Below are positions 39,487 through 48,433 of a stretch of DNA of 64,000 bases, piece by piece (position 1 is the stretch's first letter; each line of letters starts with the position of its first letter). A program made the translations under genes and the position numbers. The notes beneath the pieces are model-generated. The model worked only from the letters and a program-made list of their open reading frames with translations. It ran no database searches and was not told where the DNA came from. The stretch is taken from NCBI GenBank assembly GCA_021785125.1, contig JAJYGF010000004.1:3124-67123 (forward strand). Direction: 5' to 3'. The DNA is from a bacterium (lineage in GTDB: Bacteria; Patescibacteriota; Minisyncoccia; Moranbacterales; UBA2206).

Positions 39487-41595
39487 ATGGAACAAAAAAA
39501 ATGGTCCCTCCAGATCGGAGGAAGAGTCCTTGAAATTGAAACGGGACTTCTGGCCGGCCAAGCCAATGGAAGCGTGACTGCCAGATATGGCGACACGGTC
39601 GTTTTGGCGACTGCTACGATGAGCAAAGGCGCTTCAAGGATCACCGGATACTTTCCGTTGATGGTGGATTTTGAAGAAAGATATTATGCGGCCGGAAAAA
39701 TCAAAGGCTCCCGATTCATCAAGCGCGAAGGCAGACCGTCTGACGAAGCGATTTTGACCGGAAGAGTGGTAGACAGAACGATCCGCCCGCTTTTCAACGG
39801 CCGGATGAGAAATGAAGTGCAAGTTATTGTGACTGTTTTGTCGATCGACGGCGAAAACGATCCGGACACAGTGTCTGTCATCGCCGCTTCCGCTGCCCTG
39901 GCAATTTCCGACATTCCTTGGAATGGTCCGGTAGCCGCTGTCAGAGTCGGACAAGTTAATAGCGAATTGGTTCTAAATCCGGTTAACGGTGAATTGGCAG
40001 AAAGCAAGCTAGATCTCGTGATTTCCGGAACCAAAGACAAGATCAACATGTTGGAAGCCGGCGCCAAAGAAGTGCCGGAGGAAGAAGTGATCAAAGCATT
40101 CGCATTCGGAAAAGAAGCCATCACCAAAATTGCTACTTTCATCGAAGATATCGCCAAAGAAGTCGGCAAAGAAAAGGCTGAGCCGGCACTTTTGCAAGGT
40201 ACGCCTGAGTTTGAAGCCAAGGTCAAAGAAATCCTGCTGGAAAACGGCTTGGCTGGAGCTTTATATGACCCGAGCAAGAAAGTCATCGAAGAAAAGACCA
40301 AAGCTATTAAGGAAAAAGTTTCTAAATATATCAAGGCTAATTTTTCTGCTGAAGAAATTTCCCGACAAGAAGAGATCGCCGAGCAAGTTTTCGAAGAAGC
40401 TTCCGATGAGATCGTCCATCAAAATATTCTTGAAAAAGGACAGCGTCCTGATGGAAGAAAGACGGATGAAATCAGAAAAATTACTTGCCAAGTCGGAATT
40501 CTGCCAAGAACTCATGGCACCGGACTATTCACCCGTGGTGAGACCCAGGCCCTGACTGTGACTACCCTCGGATCTCCCGGCGATGAGCAGATTATAGACA
40601 CGATGGAGGTTGACATGAAGAAAAGATATATCCATCACTATAATTTCCCGCCATACTCAGTCGGTGAAGTCCGTCCGATGCGCGGACCGGGAAGAAGGGA
40701 AGTCGGACACGGCGCTTTGGCTGAAAAAGCTTTGGTTCCGGTTCTTCCTTCCAAAGAAGAGTTCCCATACACTATTCTTTTGGTTTCAGAAGTGCTTTCC
40801 TCCAACGGTTCTTCTTCCATGGCTTCGACTTGCGGCTCAACCCTATCCTTGATGGATGCCGGCGTACCAATCAAACGTCCGGTTTCCGGAATCGCGATGG
40901 GAATCATCGTCGGAAGCGACACGAATTTCAAAGTTTTGACGGATATTCAAGGCCTGGAAGATCATTATGGCGATATGGATTTCAAGGCGGCCGGAACAGA
41001 GCTTGGAATCACCGCCCTTCAAATGGATGTGAAAGTCAATGGAGTGACTCTTGAGATGTTGGAAGCGGTTCTTATGCAATCTAAAGGCAACCGAATGGAG
41101 ATCATGCAGAAAATCATCGGCACGATTGCCGCACCGAGAGCCGAGATGAGCCAATACGCGCCGAGAATCGTCATTATGCATATCAATCCGGACAAGATTA
41201 GAAATGTTATCGGAACGGGCGGCAAGATTATCAATGAAATTATCGATGAAACCGGCGTTCAAATCGACATTGAAGATGATGGATCGATCTTCATCACTTC
41301 TCCGGATGCCGTGGCGGCTGAAAAAGCGAAGCAATGGATCGACAATCTGACCCATGAAGTCAAAGCCGGAGAAAAATTCAATGCCAAAATAACCAGAATT
41401 ATGAATTTCGGGGCATTCGCCGAGATCCTGCCGGGACAGGAGGGATTGATACATATTTCGGAGTTTTCGGAAAAACGGATCGCACGGGTCGAAGACGTAG
41501 TCAAAGTGGGCGACATCGTTCCGGTCAAAGTCAAAGAGATCGACAGCCAAGGACGGATCAATCTTTCCGTCAAAGCTGTGGCTAAACTCCTGTAG
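39487..41595 (+). CDS. pnp: polyribonucleotide nucleotidyltransferase (PNPase)
   Basis: Two RNase PH domains, KH and C-terminal S1; classic rpsO-pnp linkage. Confidence 0.95.
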   Translation: MEQKKWSLQIGGRVLEIETGLLAGQANGSVTARYGDTVVLATATMSKGASRITGYFPLMVDFEERYYAAGKIKGSRFIKREGRPSDEAILTGRVVDRTIRPLFNGRMRNEVQVIVTVLSIDGENDPDTVSVIAASAALAISDIPWNGPVAAVRVGQVNSELVLNPVNGELAESKLDLVISGTKDKINMLEAGAKEVPEEEVIKAFAFGKEAITKIATFIEDIAKEVGKEKAEPALLQGTPEFEAKVKEILLENGLAGALYDPSKKVIEEKTKAIKEKVSKYIKANFSAEEISRQEEIAEQVFEEASDEIVHQNILEKGQRPDGRKTDEIRKITCQVGILPRTHGTGLFTRGETQALTVTTLGSPGDEQIIDTMEVDMKKRYIHHYNFPPYSVGEVRPMRGPGRREVGHGALAEKALVPVLPSKEEFPYTILLVSEVLSSNGSSSMASTCGSTLSLMDAGVPIKRPVSGIAMGIIVGSDTNFKVLTDIQGLEDHYGDMDFKAAGTELGITALQMDVKVNGVTLEMLEAVLMQSKGNRMEIMQKIIGTIAAPRAEMSQYAPRIVIMHINPDKIRNVIGTGGKIINEIIDETGVQIDIEDDGSIFITSPDAVAAEKAKQWIDNLTHEVKAGEKFNAKITRIMNFGAFAEILPGQEGLIHISEFSEKRIARVEDVVKVGDIVPVKVKEIDSQGRINLSVKAVAKLL

Positions 41596-41622
41596 TCAAA
41601 ATAAAAAACTTATTGTAAAATA

Positions 41623-41655
41623 AAAGCAAGTCAAACTTGCTTTTATTTATTTTTA
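41623..41655 (+). terminator. rho-independent terminator after pnp
   Basis: aaagcaagt caaa cttgcttt + TATTTATTTTT. Confidence 0.65.
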
Positions 41656-41665
41656 AAATACGCAG

Positions 41666-42841
41666 ATGTTTCAAAACCAAAACAAAGAAAAGGCGACTAT
41701 GATGCGAGACTTGAGCCAGAGCAAAGATCTTAAAATTGATGATATTCCCATCCACACTATGGCGAAAGATTTGGAAGAAATAAAAAATCCGACAAAATTC
41801 AGATCCGAAGAGAAAAAACATGAAACCAAATCGAGCGCGTCTGAAAATTTAACCGAAAAACAAAAGACCAGTCCTTTCCTGATGCCCGTCGAAGAACCCG
41901 TCAAACAGCCGTCAACGCCGGAAAAAACGGCGCACCTTGAAAAAAAGAAGACGATTGCCGATAAAAAAATCAAATCCGCACCGATTGACAAGCCTGGCGA
42001 AACCGGTAGCAATAAATCATTGAAAATAGTTTCGGCCACCGTTATTGTTCTGGTCATTTTGATCATAGGAACAGGCGGGTATTATTTTTTCGCCGGGAAA
42101 AAATATTCTTCGCCTGCGCCACCACAGACAAACGAACCGAACAAACAGGGTACTTCTACGGCTTCCGAACAGCATCAGGCTGCCGACAAGCCGGCCAAAA
42201 CCGCACTGTCTTCCGAAAATCCCAACTATCTTCCGATCGATACCACATCCGATCAGACCGGCATTAAAAAAACTATCCGTAATTACGCCGACAAAGTGAA
42301 ATCTTCCGGAATATCCGCTCCGGTCGAGTTTGTCATAACCGACCAGCAGAACAATCCTCTTGATTTTTCCGTCTTCGCCTCTCTGGCCGGCATAAGCCTG
42401 TCAAAAACGACGCTATCGGATCTGAACAAAACATTCAGCCTGTTTATATATAATGACAACTCCAATATGGGAGTCGGTTTGGCTGTTAATACTAAAAACG
42501 CGACCAAACTCCGGGCGGATCTTTTGGGAGAAGAAGCGAACTTGAACAAGGAATTACAAGCCATACTTCTGCCTGACAACTACGTTTTGCCAAGTATTCC
42601 TTTTCAGAAAAGCCTTTACAAAAACTCCATTATCCGCTATCAAAACATAATTTCTAAATACGCCTTATCCATAGACTATACCGTAACCGACAGCCAATTT
42701 TTGATCGGAACCACTGAAGCAACCCTGGAAGCCATGATCGACAAGCTTTCCGACAGCAAAACAAACACCCAGACTCCTGCGACACAATCAACATCTGCCG
42801 CGCAACCGTCCGCGCAAACGGCACCTGTTGGCCTAAAATAG
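41666..42841 (+). CDS. hypothetical membrane-anchored low-complexity protein
   Basis: Charged N-terminus, single TM (IVSATVIVLVILIIGTGGYYFF), S/T/Q-rich exterior. Confidence 0.5.
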   Translation: MFQNQNKEKATMMRDLSQSKDLKIDDIPIHTMAKDLEEIKNPTKFRSEEKKHETKSSASENLTEKQKTSPFLMPVEEPVKQPSTPEKTAHLEKKKTIADKKIKSAPIDKPGETGSNKSLKIVSATVIVLVILIIGTGGYYFFAGKKYSSPAPPQTNEPNKQGTSTASEQHQAADKPAKTALSSENPNYLPIDTTSDQTGIKKTIRNYADKVKSSGISAPVEFVITDQQNNPLDFSVFASLAGISLSKTTLSDLNKTFSLFIYNDNSNMGVGLAVNTKNATKLRADLLGEEANLNKELQAILLPDNYVLPSIPFQKSLYKNSIIRYQNIISKYALSIDYTVTDSQFLIGTTEATLEAMIDKLSDSKTNTQTPATQSTSAAQPSAQTAPVGLK

Positions 42842-42849
42842 CATAACCT

Positions 42850-43580
42850 GTGGATAACTTGTTGATTTAGTGGATTATTTGCTTAAAAACCTATCGAAAA
42901 ATAAAAAGAAAATTACTTTTTGAAATTTCTTTTTCGTTTATTTTTTGTCAAAAACATCCGTCGAGATCATTCTGTCGATTTTTACTGGAAAAAACAAGGA
43001 TGGATCGACACAACATTGACTTTAGCTATTTTTTTTGATATAATAGATGCATAGTGATCGTTAAAAATCGAATTCGGATGACGGTAGAGGAGTTTCAATC
43101 GCAATTTCCCCCTATTTGCGATTGAAACCTCTCTACTGTTCAAGCGTAGAGATTAACATATCTTTGCCGCCTGCGATTTCTGACCGCAGGACCCTAAAAC
43201 AAAAACAAAAAGCGGGACCTACCCGGAGCAATCAATTCAAGTACTCGAGATTGATGATTGCGGGTAGGATCCTGCAAAATTTTTATCAAACAAAAACAAA
43301 AAACAATAAAAATTTGTTCTTTCAAATTCAAAGGCAAAATGCCAGAGAATGGTAGTGAGTAAAAGTACTTAAAATAAAGTCAGAAAAGTACAAAAAGCAT
43401 GTAAATAAAATACATGTACATCATAACTTTTGATGTTTTTCACCCGAAACTAGAAAGTTTCCGTGTTACATGTTATTACATGACGAACACCCTAAGGGTG
43501 CCGTCAATAGCCAAATATATTTTTTATTGGGTTTTTATTAGATGACACCCTTGGGTTTCATATCATATGACGCCGCGAGG
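42850..43580. other. ~700-bp ORF-free, highly structured region (long hairpin 43090-43140 plus many short palindromes); candidate ncRNA/regulatory region
   Basis: gtagagg-agtttcaatcgcaa...ttgcgattgaaac-ctctctac long stem; cctgcg...cgcagg; ctacccg...cgggtag; cacccTAAgggtg; gaaactAGAaagtttc. Confidence 0.3.
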
Positions 43581-43639
43581 TGTTTTTTGTTTTTCAAAGC
43601 CAAAATGTTAGAATAGGATGGATAGGGCTAACAAGACTT

Positions 43640-44020
43640 ATGGTTATGCAAAAATCACAAACGGGAAAAACCGGCGAACAAATCGCGGCCAACTATCTGA
43701 AAAATAAGGGTTATTCGATCATCGAAATGAATTTCAAGAATGATTCCGGCCGACGGATAGGAGAAATCGACATTATCGCTCGAGACGGAGACGAGATTGT
43801 CTTTGTTGAGGTGAAGACTCGAGAACATAAGTACGGCCATACTTTGCCGGAAGAAAATATCAGCTATGCCAAATTGCGCAAATTGGCCAAAATTGCCCAG
43901 ATCTATCTTCGTCAGAAAAAATCGGAAGACAGTCCGTATCGCTTCGACGCCATTTCGATCTGGCTGGATAATGACGCGAGAATGGCCAAGATAAAGCATA
44001 TCCCCAGCATATTTTTATAG
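43640..44020 (+). CDS. YraN-family endonuclease (UPF0102)
   Basis: GEQIAANYLKNKGYSIIEMNFK...GEIDIIARDGDEIVFVEVKTR motif. Confidence 0.75.
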   Translation: MVMQKSQTGKTGEQIAANYLKNKGYSIIEMNFKNDSGRRIGEIDIIARDGDEIVFVEVKTREHKYGHTLPEENISYAKLRKLAKIAQIYLRQKKSEDSPYRFDAISIWLDNDARMAKIKHIPSIFL

Positions 44021-44084
44021 ACATCCCGCCGATAATCTGATAAAATAATTTCAGAAAACAGTAATTTTTTAAGCAACAAAAAAC

Positions 44085-44441
44085 ATGGCAATCGATCAAA
44101 ACGTCTTGGCTGAATTAAAAGACAGGCTTCTGGCAGAAAAGAAAGAATTGGAAGACAACCTGAACCGGATCGCCCATCCGGTGGACATCGAGGCGGGCGA
44201 TTATGAAACATCTTTCGACGATATCGGAAGCGATAGGGAAGACAACACGACCGAAGTCGAAGAGTATGCCGACAACTTGCCGGTCGAAGTGACCTTGGAA
44301 AAGAAACTGCAAGACGTCATCGCGGCACTGGACAGGATGGAAAAAGGCACTTATGGCATTTGCGAGAACTGCAACCAAGAGATCGACATTGAACGGCTGA
44401 AAGCCAACCCGGCGGCTAAAACCTGCATACGATGCAATTAG
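44085..44441 (+). CDS. DksA/TraR-family C4 zinc-finger protein
   Basis: Coiled-coil N-terminus, C-terminal CENCNQEI...CIRC CxxC-x17-CxxC. Confidence 0.7.
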   Translation: MAIDQNVLAELKDRLLAEKKELEDNLNRIAHPVDIEAGDYETSFDDIGSDREDNTTEVEEYADNLPVEVTLEKKLQDVIAALDRMEKGTYGICENCNQEIDIERLKANPAAKTCIRCN

Positions 44442-44875
44442 TTAAATTTTATCTTACAGTTCTTTTTTTGACACTTTTGGATCAAGTGTCCAAGTATATC
44501 ATCCGCCATTCCGGCGGGTTTTATATTTGCAACGGAGGGATAGCATTCGGCTTGAATATGCCCGGTTATGTTTTTTGGTTTATATGGCTGGCTATAATTA
44601 TTTTTATCAATCTTATAATTTTCAATTTTCAATTTTCAATTTTCAATGAATCCGCAATTTCTAAATTTTTAATTTCTAAACCCGTCTATTTCGGATTGAT
44701 TCTGATTCTGGCAGGAGCTTTTTCCAATATGATAGACAGGATTTCGTATGGATGCGTAATAGATTTTATAAATCTTAGCTTCTGGCCGATCTTCAATCCG
44801 GCTGATATTTTTATAGCATTAGGTGTTATACTATTGATATTGCCTAATATCAAACAAGAACATAAACAAAAATAA
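44432..44875 (+). CDS. lspA: lipoprotein signal peptidase (signal peptidase II)
   Basis: LDQVSK, NGGIAFG, FSNMIDR, FNPADIFI motifs; contains (TTCAATT)x4 heptamer repeat at 44621-44648. Confidence 0.8.
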   Translation: MQLVKFYLTVLFLTLLDQVSKYIIRHSGGFYICNGGIAFGLNMPGYVFWFIWLAIIIFINLIIFNFQFSIFNESAISKFLISKPVYFGLILILAGAFSNMIDRISYGCVIDFINLSFWPIFNPADIFIALGVILLILPNIKQEHKQK

Positions 44876-44946
44876 AATTTTCCCTTTTAAAATTTAACCA
44901 TTGGAAATTGATTTAAATTTAGAATTGGAAATTTGAAATTCGACAT

Positions 44947-46473
44947 ATGTCATCAAAAATTTTGTCGACCGCGACCGTCGGATTGGAAAGCGAACCGGTG
45001 GAAATCGAAGTTGATACCATGGCCGCCGGACTGCATCAATTCAACATAGTCGGCTTGCCGGACGCGGCCATCAAGGAATCCAGAGATAGGGTGGCAGCCG
45101 CCATCCGTAACAGCAAATTCAGACCACCGCATCAATCCGGACGAGTCACAGTCAATCTGGCGCCGGCCGATCTGAAAAAAGAAGGGCCGATTTACGACCT
45201 GCCGATCGCCTTAGGATTTCTTTTGGCCACCAAACAGATCGAGTTCGATCATAAGAGCAAGTTTTTCATAGGAGAATTATCGCTCGACGGAAAGATAAGG
45301 CCGGTCAAAGGCGTTTTGCCGATGGCTATTTTGGCCAAGAAGCTTGCTATTCAAGAAATATATGTGCCAAGAGAAAATGCGGCCGAAGCCTCGGTAATTT
45401 CCGGCATAGATATTTATCCGACCGAGAATTTGCCGGACTTGGTGGCTCATTTGACCGATTTGAAAAAAATAGCAACTTTTCCGCCCGCAGATCTGGAAAG
45501 TATTTTCGTGGAAGAAGATCATTCGCATGATATGGCACACATCAAAGGACAGGAATATGCCAAACGCGCCTTGGAAATCGCCGCGGCCGGCGGACACAAT
45601 GTGATTTTAAACGGCCCTCCCGGATCAGGAAAAACTCTTCTGGCTAAAGCCATGCCTTCAATTCTTCCCAGACTTACCGTGCCAGAAGCGCTGGAAATAA
45701 CCAAAATATTTTCCGTATCCGGACAACTGCCGAAAGAAACAGCCCTGATAACCAAACGGCAGTTCCGTTCTCCGCATCACAGCGCCAGCGCTGTTTCACT
45801 GGTCGGAGGCGGAACCTACCCCAAGCCGGGAGAAATAAGCTTGAGCCATCGCGGCGTGCTTTTCTTGGATGAATTTCCGGAATTTTCCCGCAGCGTGTTG
45901 GAAAATTTGCGACAGCCATTGGAAGACGGGGTAATTACCGTTTCACGTGCCCAAGGCACCTTGGAGTTTCCCGCTCGCTTCACCTTGGTCGCCGCCATGA
46001 ACCCTTGTCCTTGCGGAAACGCCACCGATCCGGAAAAGGCCTGCTCGTGCAGTCCGGCCCAGATCATAAAATACCAAAGGAAAATTTCGGGACCGATCAT
46101 GGATCGGATTGATCTGCACGTGGAAGTGCCGCGCATCAAATTCGAAAAATTGGCGGAAAATAACACCGGAGAAAGTTCAAGCTCGATTCGTGCCCGGGTT
46201 GAAAAGGCGCGTAAGACACAAACAGCGCGCTTCGCGGGTTCGCGAATAGTCACCAACAGCGAAATGGGCAGCCAGGAAATAAAAAATTTTTGCCAGCTGG
46301 ACGAAAGCTGCGTCGAGCTGATGAAAAACGCCGTTAATCGCCTGCATTTGAGTGCCCGCGCCTACTATCGGATCATAAAAGTGGCCCGAACTATCGCCGA
46401 TCTGGCCGGAAATCCCGACATCCGACCCGCCCATATCGCCGAAGCTCTGCAGTATCGCTTCAAAGCCGAATAA
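44947..46473 (+). CDS. comM: YifB/ComM-family Mg-chelatase-like AAA ATPase
   Basis: N-terminal Lon-like domain, GPPGSGKT Walker A, C-terminal ChlI-like region. Confidence 0.85.
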   Translation: MSSKILSTATVGLESEPVEIEVDTMAAGLHQFNIVGLPDAAIKESRDRVAAAIRNSKFRPPHQSGRVTVNLAPADLKKEGPIYDLPIALGFLLATKQIEFDHKSKFFIGELSLDGKIRPVKGVLPMAILAKKLAIQEIYVPRENAAEASVISGIDIYPTENLPDLVAHLTDLKKIATFPPADLESIFVEEDHSHDMAHIKGQEYAKRALEIAAAGGHNVILNGPPGSGKTLLAKAMPSILPRLTVPEALEITKIFSVSGQLPKETALITKRQFRSPHHSASAVSLVGGGTYPKPGEISLSHRGVLFLDEFPEFSRSVLENLRQPLEDGVITVSRAQGTLEFPARFTLVAAMNPCPCGNATDPEKACSCSPAQIIKYQRKISGPIMDRIDLHVEVPRIKFEKLAENNTGESSSSIRARVEKARKTQTARFAGSRIVTNSEMGSQEIKNFCQLDESCVELMKNAVNRLHLSARAYYRIIKVARTIADLAGNPDIRPAHIAEALQYRFKAE

Positions 46474-46535
46474 CAATCTCCGGAAGCCCAACTCTTTAAT
46501 CTTAAGCGCCTAAAAAATCGACCTCTTGCGAGCTT

Positions 46536-47528
46536 TTGAAAAGTTATGGCATATCTGCTAGAATGATGGGACTTATGGCACCCAAAAAAACCAAAACAAA
46601 AGAAGCCTTTATCATAGCGGGCTTTTTAATTTTGGCAGGCGGCTTTTTGTCCCTGCGCCGCCATCCGGCCGAAGCCGATCTGAATTTCAGCAAAAAGCCC
46701 GTCGTCATAGACGATAACGGGCTGGATTTTTATGCTGAAGTTTCAGCCTCCACAGTAGGCGACGCGCTGGCGGAAGAAAAAATTTCTTTGAATGACCATG
46801 ACACGGTCACGCCGGACAAAACATCACCTGTCTTTCCCGGCAGTCGGATCGATATCGCCCGAGCCGTCAAAATAAAAATTTTGGCGGATGGAAAAACCAT
46901 CGAAAATTATTCCACTGAAAAGACCGTGGGCGGAATATTGGCAGAAAACCACATCATCCTGAATCAGCTGGACAAAGTCGTGCCGGATGTCAATCTGGCG
47001 CCGCAACCGGATTCCACCATCGTCGTTACCCGCATAAATGTCGAGGATGTCACCGACACGGAAAACATCCCGTACCCGACGACCTACAAAGAAGACCAGA
47101 CATTGGGATGGCAAGAAACCCGGACCGACCAAGCCGGACGAGACGGGCAGCAGGAAGTAAAATATCGCATTTCATACAAAGACGGCAAGGAAGTCTCGCG
47201 CGTTGTGCTTGAAAAAACCGTTATCCAAGAACCGACTCCCGCCATCGTGACCAAAGGGACGTACATGCAGTTGGGCAAAGCAAACAAGGGGCAAGGCACA
47301 TGGTATTCCTATATGGGCGGCATGTTTGCAGCCAGCACTTCCCTTCCAAAGGGATCTTATGCCAAAGTGACTAATCTGGCCAGTGGCAAATCAATCGTGG
47401 TCCAGATAAACGATTACGGCCCGCAAGGCAAAGGCCGCATAATAGACCTGGACAAGGTAGCCTTCGCAAAAATTGCGCCTTTGGGAGCCGGAATCATCGG
47501 AGTCAAAGTCGAACCGATTCTGAATTAA
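46536..47528 (+). CDS. RlpA-like double-psi beta-barrel (DPBB) domain protein with upstream G5-like domain
   Basis: C-terminal GTWYSYMGG...VVQINDYGPQGKGRIIDLDKVAFAKI typical of RlpA DPBB. Confidence 0.6.
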   Translation: MKSYGISARMMGLMAPKKTKTKEAFIIAGFLILAGGFLSLRRHPAEADLNFSKKPVVIDDNGLDFYAEVSASTVGDALAEEKISLNDHDTVTPDKTSPVFPGSRIDIARAVKIKILADGKTIENYSTEKTVGGILAENHIILNQLDKVVPDVNLAPQPDSTIVVTRINVEDVTDTENIPYPTTYKEDQTLGWQETRTDQAGRDGQQEVKYRISYKDGKEVSRVVLEKTVIQEPTPAIVTKGTYMQLGKANKGQGTWYSYMGGMFAASTSLPKGSYAKVTNLASGKSIVVQINDYGPQGKGRIIDLDKVAFAKIAPLGAGIIGVKVEPILN

Positions 47529-47647
47529 TAATTTTTATAATTTTTAATTTTGTAATTTTATAAATAAATCTAAATTTTTAATGTTTAAACATTTAGAAAT
47601 TAGAAAATTATTTAAAAATTAAAAATTGGAAATTAAAAATTTAAACT

Positions 47648-48433
47648 ATGCCTACAAAACTCGGACAAAATTTTTTGCAAGACAAGGAAATAATCAAAAA
47701 AATAATCGCTTCTTCTGATCTAAAAGAAGATGATTTTGTAATTGAAATCGGACCAGGTGAAGGCGCCTTGACTGAACAATTATCAAAATACGCCAAAAAG
47801 GTGATCGCGATTGAGCTGGATGATAAATTGATTCCGCTACTTGAAAAAAAATTTTCAGACACAAAGAAAATCGAGATTATCCATGAGGACATCCTAAAAA
47901 TAAATCTGCCGGAATTGCTCGGGCACTTCGTGTCCAAAGAAAAAAATTATAAAGTCATCGCCAACATCCCCTACTACATCACTTCTCCGATCATCCGTTT
48001 GTTTTTGGAACAAGACATCCAGCCGGAAGAAATTATCCTGATGGTCCAAAAGGAAGTGGCCGAACGGATCATTGCCCGGCCGGGGGAAACCAGCATCTTG
48101 TCCGTTTCCGTGCAATATTACGCTTCGGCCGAATTGCTCTTTGAAGTTGGGCGCGATTCTTTCTCTCCCGCGCCGAAAGTCGACAGCGCCGTAATTAAAA
48201 TTGTCCCGCGCAGAAAATTCGACAAAGAAGCGGATAAAAAATTCTTCCGCATCGTCAGAAGCGGATTTTCCGCCAAAAGAAAAACTTTGCTCAACAACCT
48301 TTCTGCCAGCCTGCGAATGGAAAAATCGTCCGTGGAAGAAAAACTGAAAACGGCCGGAATTGGTCCGACCGTCCGAGCACAGGAACTATCGCTTGAGAAT
48401 TGGAAAAAATTAGCAAGCTTATTTCAGAAATAA
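47648..48433 (+). CDS. rsmA: 16S rRNA (adenine1518/1519-N6)-dimethyltransferase
   Basis: LGQNFLQD and EIGPGEGALT motifs. Confidence 0.85.
   Translation: MPTKLGQNFLQDKEIIKKIIASSDLKEDDFVIEIGPGEGALTEQLSKYAKKVIAIELDDKLIPLLEKKFSDTKKIEIIHEDILKINLPELLGHFVSKEKNYKVIANIPYYITSPIIRLFLEQDIQPEEIILMVQKEVAERIIARPGETSILSVSVQYYASAELLFEVGRDSFSPAPKVDSAVIKIVPRRKFDKEADKKFFRIVRSGFSAKRKTLLNNLSASLRMEKSSVEEKLKTAGIGPTVRAQELSLENWKKLASLFQK

Noticed and set aside
39684-41550. 216-aa and 235-aa minus-strand ORFs inside pnp
   Set aside because: Antisense to PNPase, which has unambiguous RNase PH/KH/S1 domains. Their composition is S/A-rich, typical of a frame shadow.
43096-43140. GTTTCAATCGCAA...TTGCGATTGAAAC looks like a CRISPR-type repeat with palindromic stem
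   Set aside because: Only a single copy is present with no spacer-repeat periodicity. Treated instead as part of a structured non-coding region.
43116-43355. 79-aa ORF inside the structured non-coding region
   Set aside because: No start context and basic low-complexity translation. It overlaps strong hairpins and is more likely non-coding.
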